The translations under genes and the position numbers were made by a program. Below the pieces are notes generated by a model. The model made no database searches and was not told where the DNA came from. It worked only from the letters and a program-made list of their open reading frames with translations. From contig JAGYNM010000001.1 of the NCBI GenBank assembly GCA_018399335.1, positions 119-64,118 of the forward strand: a DNA stretch of 64,000 nucleotides, written 5' to 3'. Positions 9,096 through 18,707 of the stretch are shown here, piece by piece; the stretch's first letter is position 1; each line of letters opens with the position of its first letter. Source of the stretch: Bacteroidales bacterium. GTDB taxonomy: Bacteria > Bacteroidota > Bacteroidia > Bacteroidales > F082.

Positions 9096-10679
9096 ATGAG
9101 TAAGTCAATCTGCCTTTATTTTCAAGTTCATCAGCCATTTCGGCTGCGCACTTATCGTTTCTTTGATATCGGAAAAAGCCATCATTATTTCGATGAATAT
9201 TTCAACAGACTCATTTTAAGGAGAGTAGCTGAAAAAAGCTATCTTCCAATGAATGAAATCCTGTTAAATACTATAAAGAAACACCCAAAAGATTTTAAGG
9301 TAAGTTTTTCGTTTACAGGCCTTGTTTTGGAACAAATGGAGCTCTATACTCCTGAAGTGCTGGAAAGTTTCAGAAAATTAATTGCCACCGGCAATGTTGA
9401 AGTGCTTTCAGAAACTTATGCACACTCGCTAAGTGCCTTACGCAATAAGGGTGAATTTGAACATCAGGTGAAAGCCCACGCTCAAAAAGTGGAACAGTTA
9501 TTTGGCATAAAACCAACAAGTTTCCGAAATACCGAATTGATTTATTCTGATGAAATTGGCGAACGTGTTGCGGCTATGGGCTACAAGGTAATGCTCACCG
9601 AAGGTGCAAAACACGTTTTGGGATGGAAAAGCCCTAATTTCCTCTACACAAACGCTATAAATCCAAAGCTCAAAGTACTACTCAGAAATTTCAGGTTGAG
9701 CGATGATATTACCTTCAGGTTTTCGCAGCAAAACTGGTCGGAATGGCCAATTACCGCTGAAAAAATGGTTGGATGGCTGAATCAGGTTCCTGAAAAAGAA
9801 GAAATTATCAATATTTTCATGGATTACGAAACCTTTGGCGAGCACCAACCTGCTGCTTCGGGCATTTTCGATTTTATGAAAGCGCTCCCTTCAGCAGTAC
9901 TTAAAAACACACCCTATCGCTTCCGCACACCCGACGAAATTGCCAAAAAACATCAACCGGTATCTGCCATTCATGTGCCCCACCCCATTTCGTGGGCAGA
10001 TGAAGAACGTGATCTTTCGGCATGGATTGGCAATAATCTGCAGGATGATGCCTTTGAAAAACTCTCTGCCTTATCCGAAAAAGTTGGAGAGGTTGATGAT
10101 GTGGATTTGAAACGCGACTGGAACTACTTGCAATCGTCTGACCATTTTTACTATATGTGCACCAAATGGCTTTCGGATGGAGATGTGCATAAATATTTTA
10201 ATCATTATCCCTCACCCTACGAAGCTTACATTAACTATATGAATGTGCTTTCAGACTTTGCTATCAGGCTGGAAGAGCAAGCTCCCGGTGCAGCCGAAAT
10301 AATGGATGATTTACTAAAAAACACCAGCAAACTGGGAAAGGAACTGGGAAAAATGGCTTCTAAGAAAATCCAGGAAGCCGAAAAATCAGTCAAAGAAAAA
10401 TACCAGCAAACGAAAGCAAAAAGCAAGCCCGTATTTGAAGACATCAAACATCTTTCTGACGCAAAGGTTAAAAAACTCATCAAGGAATTGGATGCAGAAC
10501 AATTGGCTGTTGCGCTAAAAGATGCCGGCGAAGAAATACGTGAGAAAGTAATTCCAAACCTCACACAAAAAGCTAAAAAACAAATGGATGATTTACAGCA
10601 TAAAATGGCTGAAATCAAACAAAAAGATGTGCAGGCTATGCGCAAAAAAGTGGAAGAAAAACTGAGAAATTTTTTCTGA
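9096..10679 (+). CDS. Glycoside hydrolase family 57 protein with a C-terminal FliG_C-like helical domain
   Basis: N-terminus CLYFQVHQPFRL and DYETFGEH are typical GH57 conserved regions. After a Lys/Glu-rich linker, residues from about 445 to 527 resemble the FliG C-terminal domain (see findings). Confidence 0.8.
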   Translation: MSKSICLYFQVHQPFRLRTYRFFDIGKSHHYFDEYFNRLILRRVAEKSYLPMNEILLNTIKKHPKDFKVSFSFTGLVLEQMELYTPEVLESFRKLIATGNVEVLSETYAHSLSALRNKGEFEHQVKAHAQKVEQLFGIKPTSFRNTELIYSDEIGERVAAMGYKVMLTEGAKHVLGWKSPNFLYTNAINPKLKVLLRNFRLSDDITFRFSQQNWSEWPITAEKMVGWLNQVPEKEEIINIFMDYETFGEHQPAASGIFDFMKALPSAVLKNTPYRFRTPDEIAKKHQPVSAIHVPHPISWADEERDLSAWIGNNLQDDAFEKLSALSEKVGEVDDVDLKRDWNYLQSSDHFYYMCTKWLSDGDVHKYFNHYPSPYEAYINYMNVLSDFAIRLEEQAPGAAEIMDDLLKNTSKLGKELGKMASKKIQEAEKSVKEKYQQTKAKSKPVFEDIKHLSDAKVKKLIKELDAEQLAVALKDAGEEIREKVIPNLTQKAKKQMDDLQHKMAEIKQKDVQAMRKKVEEKLRNFF

Positions 10680-10728
10680 TAATTGTCACTTAGTCACACG
10701 AATAAACTTAATTAACTAAAACATTAAA

Positions 10729-10750
10729 CACCAGAAAACAAAGTGTTTCT
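10729..10750 (+). terminator. Weak hairpin after the GH57 gene (possible attenuator or terminator)
   Basis: CCAGAAA..TTTCTGG stem followed by a T-rich stretch (ACTTATTTTA). There is no strong U-run. Confidence 0.3.
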
Positions 10751-10774
10751 GGACTTATTTTAAATTGTCTGAAT

Positions 10775-13700
10775 ATGAAGAAACCATCTTATATTTTCGA
10801 AACGAGTTGGGAAGTCTGTAATATGGTCGGCGGCATTTATACTGTGCTCTCGACTAAAGCTAATCAGATGGCCAATCTCTTCGGAGATCATTATATTACC
10901 ATTGGACCGGATGTGTGGAAAGAAACCAGTGAAAACCCGTATTTTATTGAAGATTTGAACCTCTATGCCGTTTGGCGGGAAAAACTTGCTGCCAAAGGAC
11001 TTAAGGTGAGAATTGGACGATGGGCAATAAAAAGCCGTCCGATAGCAATTTTGATAGATTTTACACCCTTATTTGTTCAAAAAGATGCTGTTTTTGCTGA
11101 GTTATGGGAAAAATTCAAGCTGGATTCTATCCATGGCCCCTGGGACTATATCGAACCTGCTATGTTTGGCTATGCTGCCGGACAGGTGATAGAAAGCTTT
11201 TACGACACCTATCTTCATACAACCGAAGGCGTTGTGGCCCAGTTCCATGAGTGGATGACGGGTACAGGTGTTTTATATGTTAAAGGACATTGTCCGCAAA
11301 TTGCCACAGTTTTCACTACACATGCTACCTACCTTGGCCGGTCGATAGCAGGCAATGGCCTTCCACTTTACAGAGATTTGAAACAGTATAATCCAACGGT
11401 AATGGCCAACCGTTTGAATATCGTAGCACAACAATCACTTGAGTACACAGCTGCAAAAGAGGCCGATTCCTTTACAACAGTGAGTGAAACTACTGCTGCT
11501 GAATGTGAACAATTCCTGGGACGTAAACCCGATGCAATCACAATCAATGGATTTGATAAAGATTTTATGGCAGATCGGGATGTGCTCAAAGAAAAACGAC
11601 AACTTGCCCGAAACAAAATACTGAATATAGCGAGCGCGATGGTTGGTGAAAATTTGCCAGAAGACAGTCTTTTCGTTATAAACAGCGGGCGTTATGAGTT
11701 CAAAAACAAAGGCATCGATGTTTTTATTGATGCGCTGGCAAAGCTTAACAACAACGAAAAACTCAAAAAAACCATCTTAGCCATAATAGCAGTACCAGCT
11801 AATATTAGTGGCCCCTCAAAAGATTTGAAAAAACGACTGTCAGAGCCCGAAATAGCCAAACATCCTACCGACGAGCCAGCTACACATCACCTTTTTGAAA
11901 ACGGTTCAGATATGGTGATTCGCAAGATGAGGGAAAAAGGCCTCAATAATCAGCCTTCTGATAAGGTGAAATTAATTTTTGTCCCCTCCTACCTAAATGG
12001 CAGCGACGGCATTTTCGACATTACCTATTACGATTTTCTAACAGCTTTCGATCTCTCGGTTTTTCCTTCCTATTACGAACCATGGGGCTATACTCCACTC
12101 GAAAGTATTGCTTTTGCTATTCCAACTGTTACAACTGATTTGGCAGGCTTTGGCATATGGGCACAGCAAACTGAAGAATCCAAAGGGGCTGTAACTGTAA
12201 TTCACCGAGATGAAGACAATTATGAAGATGTTGTAAATCAACTGTCAAAAGTAATTGAAGAATTTTCCGGATTGTCGAAACAAAAACTGGAAAAGCTAGG
12301 AACCGCCTCGCTTCAAACAGCAGCAAAAGCACTTTGGCCCGACCTGATTCAAAATTATCAGCAAGCCTGGCATCAGGCCATAGAAAAATCTGCCGGTCGG
12401 GCAGATCAGTTTGAACTAAAACGCCAAACAGAAACCCTGCGTAATTTTGATTACCGCAAACAGGATCAACCCAACTGGAAAAAAGTCCTTATCCAACCTG
12501 TTTATACCAAAGGTCTCCAAAAACTACAGGAGCTTTCGCAAAACTTATGGTGGTCGTGGAATTATGAAGCGAGCTCGCTTTTTGAATCTATCGATCCGGA
12601 AGGATGGGAAAAATCAGAACAAAACCCCATTTCAATGATGGAGGGCCTTTCGAAAAAACAAATGGAAGCCCTCGAAAACGATACTATTTTTATTCAAAAG
12701 CTAGATAAAGTATACGACGATTTCAAAAGTTATATGAAACAAGCACCTCGTTATGAGGATCTTATTGCTTATTTCAGCATGGAGTATGGCTTACAAAAAA
12801 GTTTGAAAATTTACTCTGGCGGTCTGGGCATCCTGGCTGGTGATTACCTTAAAGAGGCCAGTGACTCAGGCGCTAACCTCCTGGCTGTTGGATTACTCTA
12901 TCGCTATGGATACTTTACGCAAAATATTTCCCTTTTTGGAGATCAGCTGGCACAATATATTCCACAGAAATTCACTCACTTACCACTTGAACCCGTTCGA
13001 GATGAGAAAGGTGATTGGGTCACAATCAGCATTGCCTTCCCCGGAAGGAATGTGGTAGCCAAAGCATGGAAAGTTAGCGTGGGGCGCATTCCTCTTTATC
13101 TGCTTGATACTGATATCGAAGAAAACCAGCCTGAGGATCGCGGCATCACGCATCAGCTTTATGGTGGTGATAACGAAATGCGCTTCAAGCAAGAAATGGT
13201 TCTTGGTGTTGGAGGTATCAGATTGTTGTGGAAACTTCACCTAAAACCCTTGATCTATCACAGTAATGAAGGTCATTCAGCATTTATTGGTCTCGAAAGA
13301 CTGAGAACACATATCGAACGTCACAACCTGAGTTTTAATGTTGCCCGCGAGCTTGTTCGTTCTTCCAGTTTGTTCACCACACACACGCCTGTTCCGGCCG
13401 GCCACGATTCCTTTGAAGAACATTTGCTGCGAACCTATATGCCACATTATGCCAACAGATTAAATATCAGCTGGAACGAGTTCATGAATTTGGGTAAATT
13501 CCGTCCGGATGATCCAACTGAGAAATTCTCAATGAGTGTGCTCGCTGCCAATCTGAGCCAGGAAATGAATGGTGTAAGCCAAATTCACGGACGAGTTTCC
13601 AGAGATATGTTCCAACCTCTTTATCCGGGATATTTTGCCAATGAGCTGCATATTGGTCATGTAACAAATGGCGTGCATTATCCCACCTGGACCGATTCGG

Positions 13701-15002
13701 CCTGGCAGCAACTTTATCAGAAAACCTTTGGCGAGGGCTTCGTTAGCGATCAATCAAATGCCAGTCTTTGGAGTAAAATTAAAGATGTTTCTGACGAAAC
13801 AATCTGGGAAATAAGGACACAGCTAAAAGAAGAGCTGATTCACTTCGTGAAATATCGTGTAAAACAGGATATGACAGAGCGGCAGGAAAGCCCGAAACTG
13901 ATCCTGAAAACACTTGAAAGCCTCAATAAAGATGCACTGATTATCGGATTTGCCCGTAGGTTTGCAACCTATAAGCGAGCTCACCTTTTGTTTGCCAATC
14001 TTGAACGACTAAGTCAAATCGTTAATGACAGCGAAAAACCTGTTCTCTTCTTGTTTGCCGGCAAAGCCCATCCAAATGACAAAGCCGGACAGGATTTGAT
14101 TAAGAGAATCATGGAATTGCATCATGCCCGAGTTTTATTGGTAAGGTTTTGTTTATTGAGAACTACGAGATGGAGCTTGGTAAAAGCTTACCAATTGTGT
14201 GGATGTATGGCTTAATACGCCTACACGTCCGCTTGAGGCTTCTGGTACCAGCGGAGAAAAAGCTGTGATGAACGGTGTTTCTTAACTTTTCGGTGCTTGA
14301 TTGGTTGGTGGGCTGAAGGTTACCGTCCGAATGCCGGCTGGGCCATTCAGGAAGGTCGCACCTATCAAAAACCAGCAATATCAGGATGAACGATGCAGAA
14401 CAATCTACAGTCTGCTCGAAAATGATATTACAAGCGCTTACTTCAACCGCAGCGAAAATGGAATTCCAAATAAATGGATTCAGTTTATCAAGAATAATAT
14501 AGCAGAAATTGCTCCGCATTTCACAATGAAACGCATGCTTGATGATTATTACGAGCGTTTCTACAATAAACTAACCGAAAGAGCAAAACATCTGCGTGCT
14601 AACCGCTATGAAGCGGCTTTTGAAATTGATACCTGGAAAACGAAAATAAGACAACACTGGGATCAGCTGGATGTAAAATCCATCAAAGTTCCTGATCCAA
14701 CCATTCGACCGCTTAATTTCGGAGAGAACTTTATTGCTGAAATAACGCTGGATACACCGGGATTGCAGGCAGGCGATGTTTCTATTGAACTACTTTTTGG
14801 CCGCAAACTTTTCGATAAGATTGCCGAGATAGTTTTTGTAGAGCCAATGGATCTGATCGAATCAGGTGATGGCTGGGCTACCTACAAAATCAATGTGCCC
14901 ATATACAGAGCCGGAGTTTACGATTATACCTTCAGGATTTATCCTACAAACAGACTGTTGCCTCACAGGCAGGACTTGCCTTTGGTGAAGTGGATTGGTT
15001 AA
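10775..15002 (+). pseudogene. Fused GT3-type glycogen synthase (N-terminal about 560 aa) and GT35 alpha-glucan phosphorylase. The reading frame is broken by several indels between about 14105 and 14420, which may be sequence errors.
   Basis: N-terminus SWEVCNMVGGIYTVLSTKA and HEWMTG are GT3-synthase-like. From about residue 650, YFSMEYGL..LKIYSGGLGILAGDYLKEASD is alpha-glucan-phosphorylase-like. The PLP-lysine region [20 protein letters not shown] and the GWWAEGY motif are readable only by hopping frames. ORFs 10775..14215 and 14301..15002 are parts of one gene. Confidence 0.8.
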
Positions 15003-15040
15003 AAAAAAGCCCCCGATTTAATGAAATACGGGGGCTTTTT
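15003..15040. terminator. Bidirectional rho-independent terminator between the phosphorylase gene and pepD
   Basis: A-run, GCCCCCG (15009-15015), loop, CGGGGGC (15029-15035), then T-run. It sits between convergent genes. Confidence 0.8.
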
Positions 15041-16507
15041 TTATTGTTTCTCAGGAATCCGCTTGAGTATTTCCAGCGTTAAATCCCAGAATTTTACAAC
15101 CGTTTCAATCTGAATACGTTCATCAGGAGAGTGCGCTCCCTTTATGGTAGGGCCATAAGAAATCATATCCATTCCGGGATATTTATCACCTATCAAACCA
15201 CACTCCAGTCCTGCATGGATAGCCTTCACATCTGGCTCTTGAGTAAATAAATCCTGATAAGCTTTTACCGTAATAGCGCGAATCTCTGAGTTTGGATCAG
15301 GTGCCCAGCCAGGATATCCATTGCTATGTTTTACCTCTGCTCCTGCCAAATCAAAACAGGCAGCAACCATTTGAGCAATATCTTCCTTAGCTGATTCCAC
15401 AGAACTTCGCTGACTGGTAGTAATCAAAGTCTTGCCGTTTTCCATCCTCACAGCAGCCAAATTAGTTGAGGTTTCAACAAAGTTTGGAATGCGTTGCGAC
15501 CAGGCAATAACGCCATGCGGGCAGGCATAAAGACTGTTCAGCATTTTGTTCTGATCTTCAGCTTTCAATACCTTTCTGGAATCTGTATGCGCAGCATCAA
15601 TCGTAACCTGAAGTTTTGGCTCTGTAACAGCATACTCATAAGCCATTTCGTCAGCACTTTTAGCAACAAATTCCTGAAGTGCTTCTTCGACTTGTTTTTC
15701 CACAGCAACTACGGCGTAAGCCTCCCGGGCAATAGCATTGCGCAGGTTTCCACCTTCGAAATAGGCCAGACGCGCTCCAAAATCTTTGGCGGCTTTCCAC
15801 ACAATCCGGGTTAAAAGTTTGTTGGCATTTCCCAAACCTTTATGGATATCATCACCTGAATGACCTCCTTTAAGTCCTTTAATATCAATGCGATAAAAAG
15901 CAGCATCTTTTTCAGCTTCTTCTGTTGCATAAGGAAGTGTGATCACGGTATCTTTTCCTCCTGCACAACCAATAAACAATTCACCTTCATCTTCTGAATC
16001 AAGGTTGAGCAATATTTTACCATCCAAAAAACCAGGCTCTAAGCCAAAGGCACCGGTAAGTCCGGTTTCCTCATCTACAGTAAACAAGCATTCAATCGCA
16101 CCGCGCTCAACAGATTTGTCTGCAAGCAAGGCAAGCTGGGCTGCTACACCAATGCCGTCATCAGCTCCAAGTGTGGTTCCTTTTGCTTTTACCCATCCGT
16201 CTTCAATAAATACTTCAATGGGATCTTTTTCGAAATCATGTATGGTATCGCTGTTTTTTTCGCAAACCATATCCACATGACTTTGCAAAACAACAGTCAT
16301 ACGGTTCTCGAAGCCGGGGCTTGCCGGAGCTTTGATCAATACATTACCTACTTTATCCTGTTGATAATCTAATTGATGCTTTTTGGCAAAATCAATCAGA
16401 TATGCCAGAATTTTTTCTTCCTTCTTACTTGGCCTGGGAATTTGCAATATTTCAGCAAAATACTTCCAGATTACCTGAGGCTCTAAAGTATTGAGTACTT
16501 CATTCAT
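15041..16507 (-). CDS. pepD: Aminoacyl-histidine (Xaa-His) dipeptidase, M20 family
   Basis: 488 aa. N-terminus LEPQVIWKYFAEILQIPRPSKKEEKI, plus HVDMV, GADDGIG and DEETGLTGA metal-ligand contexts typical of PepD. Confidence 0.85.
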   Translation of the reverse strand: MNEVLNTLEPQVIWKYFAEILQIPRPSKKEEKILAYLIDFAKKHQLDYQQDKVGNVLIKAPASPGFENRMTVVLQSHVDMVCEKNSDTIHDFEKDPIEVFIEDGWVKAKGTTLGADDGIGVAAQLALLADKSVERGAIECLFTVDEETGLTGAFGLEPGFLDGKILLNLDSEDEGELFIGCAGGKDTVITLPYATEEAEKDAAFYRIDIKGLKGGHSGDDIHKGLGNANKLLTRIVWKAAKDFGARLAYFEGGNLRNAIAREAYAVVAVEKQVEEALQEFVAKSADEMAYEYAVTEPKLQVTIDAAHTDSRKVLKAEDQNKMLNSLYACPHGVIAWSQRIPNFVETSTNLAAVRMENGKTLITTSQRSSVESAKEDIAQMVAACFDLAGAEVKHSNGYPGWAPDPNSEIRAITVKAYQDLFTQEPDVKAIHAGLECGLIGDKYPGMDMISYGPTIKGAHSPDERIQIETVVKFWDLTLEILKRIPEKQ

Positions 16508-16543
16508 GCTTCTAATTTTTGATGAAGCACAAAAATAAGGGTT

Positions 16544-17023
16544 TTAGGAGGATGACAAAAGGTATTTACTGATAATACTCAAAAATTCACTTCTGCGAAT
16601 CGGTTTTGCTATATAATCATTGCAACCGGCTGCCAAACACTGGATTCGATCGGTGTGAAGCGCATAGGCCGTTTGGGCAACGATAGGAACATCAGGCGAA
16701 ACTTCACGGATCATTTTAGTAACCAACAAACCGCTAATATCCGGCAAGCGGATATCCATCAAAATCAGATCAAAGTTGGGATTTTCCTGAAAAGCTTTAA
16801 AAGCACTTTCACCATCAATTTTATGTACTAGAGACACACCAGTTGGCGCCAAAAAAGCCTCCAGCAATTGAATATTTGATGGGATATCCTCTACAATCAA
16901 TATCTTCTTTCCAATAAAAGCATCTTTAAAGATGTTAATTTTTTCAGCTCCGGGAACAACTTCAGAAGCAATTGGCTTGCCAGTGCTATTAGAGCCTGCA
17001 TAAACAAAAGCAGCAAAATTCAT
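16544..17023 (-). CDS. Single-domain response regulator (CheY-like receiver)
   Basis: KILIVEDIPSN...DLILMDIRLPDISG...PIVAQTAY...DYIAKPI receiver signature. No output domain. Confidence 0.8.
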   Translation of the reverse strand: MNFAAFVYAGSNSTGKPIASEVVPGAEKINIFKDAFIGKKILIVEDIPSNIQLLEAFLAPTGVSLVHKIDGESAFKAFQENPNFDLILMDIRLPDISGLLVTKMIREVSPDVPIVAQTAYALHTDRIQCLAAGCNDYIAKPIRRSEFLSIISKYLLSSS

Positions 17024-17074
17024 TGGATGCGGATTTTGGTTAATCGCACTGCAAAGCTAACTAAGTAATTGGTC

Positions 17075-17728
17075 TTATGCAATCTTTTTTAAACTCCTTA
17101 TAGTATCCGTTGGATTTTCTGACTTAAAAACAGCATTACCGGCAACCAAAACATCTGCTCCCGCCTGATAAAGCTGATTTGCGTTGGAAATATTTACGCC
17201 ACCATCCACTTCAATCAATACTTCAAGACCCCTTTTATCAATCATCGATCTCAATTCAATAATTTTATTATACGTTTCGGGGATAAATGTTTGTCCGCCA
17301 AAACCCGGATTTACTGACATAATCAGCACTAAATCGGTATAGGCCAAAATATCAGTAAGTAAGTGAACAGGTGTATGTGGATTTAATACAACTCCGGCTT
17401 TCATACCTGCATCACGAATTTGTTGCAAAACACGATGCAGGTGTGTACAAGCCTCATATTGAACGGAAAGGATATCAGCGCCCGCTTTCCTGAAAGCATC
17501 AACATAACGATCAGGTTCCACAATCATCAAATGCACATCAAGGGGCTTTTGGGCTTTGCGCTTTATAGCTTCAACAACAGGCAATCCAAACGAAATATTT
17601 GGAACGAAAACACCATCCATTATGTCAAGATGAAACCAATCGGCCTCACTGGCATTGATCATTTCAATCTCTTTTTCCAGATTTAAAAAATCAGCTGATA
17701 AAAGCGAAGGAGCGAGTAAACGGTTCAT
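17075..17728 (-). CDS. rpe: Ribulose-phosphate 3-epimerase
   Basis: 217 aa with HLDIMDGVFVPNISFG, MSVNPGFGGQ and VDGGV motifs. Confidence 0.9.
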   Translation of the reverse strand: MNRLLAPSLLSADFLNLEKEIEMINASEADWFHLDIMDGVFVPNISFGLPVVEAIKRKAQKPLDVHLMIVEPDRYVDAFRKAGADILSVQYEACTHLHRVLQQIRDAGMKAGVVLNPHTPVHLLTDILAYTDLVLIMSVNPGFGGQTFIPETYNKIIELRSMIDKRGLEVLIEVDGGVNISNANQLYQAGADVLVAGNAVFKSENPTDTIRSLKKIA

Positions 17729-17769
17729 AATTTTGATTTACGGATTGACAATAAAACGCTGCGGCAATG

Positions 17770-17777
17770 CAAAAATA
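17770..17777 (-). promoter_or_regulatory. Candidate -7 box (TATTTTTG) for rpe
   Basis: Exact TAnnTTTG on the minus strand, 42 nt upstream of the ATG at 17728. It overlaps the T-tract of the rpoD terminator. Confidence 0.4.
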
Positions 17778-17780
17778 AAA

Positions 17781-17800
17781 AAAGCACCCTTAGGTGCTTT
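17781..17800 (-). terminator. Rho-independent terminator of rpoD
   Basis: The minus strand reads AAAGCACC-TAAG-GGTGCTTT followed by TTTTTATTTTT, immediately downstream of the rpoD stop. Confidence 0.7.
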
Positions 17801-17806
17801 AAGAAC

Positions 17807-18670
17807 TTATCCAAGATAACTTTTTAAAATCTTGCTTCGGCTTGTATGCTTTAGCCTTCGGATAGCTTTCTCTTTGATTTGACGCACACGTTCGCGCGTT
17901 AGATCAAATTTTTCACCAATCTCTTCGAGCGTCATAGGATGGCTGCCGTTGAGGCCAAAATACAACCTGATCACGTCAGCTTCGCGCTGAGTAAGCGTTG
18001 AGATAGCACGATCAATCTCTTTACGAAGTGATTCGTACAACAATTCTGTTTCAGGTGTTGGTGCCTCATCGCTTTTGAGCACATCATACATATTATTCTC
18101 TTCATCCTGAATAAGCGGTGCATCCATCGAAACATGCCTTCCGGCATTTTTCATAGATTCTTTTACTTCATTTTCAGTAATTTCGAGAATATCCGCAATT
18201 TCTTCGGCATTAGGTTCACGTTCATATTCCTGCTCCAAACGGGCATAGGCCTTGTTGATCTTGTTGATCGACCCAATTTTGTTGAGTGGAAGCCTTACAA
18301 TACGCGATTGCTCAGCCAAAGCCTGAAGAATAGACTGCCGAATCCACCATACTGCGTAGGAGATAAATTTAAACCCTCTGGTTTCATCAAAACGTTGTGC
18401 TGCCTTTATCAATCCGAGATTGCCTTCATTAATCAAATCAGGAAGACTAAGTCCCTGATTTTGATATTGTTTTGATACTGATACTACAAAACGAAGATTG
18501 GCTTTGGTAAGTTTCTCAAGCGCAACGCGATCTCCTTGTTTGATGCGCTGAGCCAGGGCTACTTCCTCCTCTGCAGTAATGAGTTCAACCTTTCCAATCT
18601 CCTGAAGATACTTGTCAAGTGAAGCAGTTTCCCGGTTCGTAACCTGTTTAGTAATCTTTAGTTGCCTCAT
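17807..18670 (-). CDS. rpoD: RNA polymerase primary sigma factor (short Bacteroidota sigma-70)
   Basis: 287 aa. Region 2 reads [13 protein letters not shown] and region 4.2 reads [28 protein letters not shown]. Confidence 0.9.
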   Translation of the reverse strand: MRQLKITKQVTNRETASLDKYLQEIGKVELITAEEEVALAQRIKQGDRVALEKLTKANLRFVVSVSKQYQNQGLSLPDLINEGNLGLIKAAQRFDETRGFKFISYAVWWIRQSILQALAEQSRIVRLPLNKIGSINKINKAYARLEQEYEREPNAEEIADILEITENEVKESMKNAGRHVSMDAPLIQDEENNMYDVLKSDEAPTPETELLYESLRKEIDRAISTLTQREADVIRLYFGLNGSHPMTLEEIGEKFDLTRERVRQIKEKAIRRLKHTSRSKILKSYLG

Positions 18671-18707
18671 GCTTTATGCTTTATTTGGCTTTGTACGCAA
18701 ATTATCA

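Noticed and set aside
10235-10645. 136-aa minus-strand ORF opposite the GH57 C-terminal tail.
   Set aside because: It is a Ser/Phe/Cys-rich mirror of the Lys/Glu-rich sense frame. The sense frame carries the FliG_C-like similarity.
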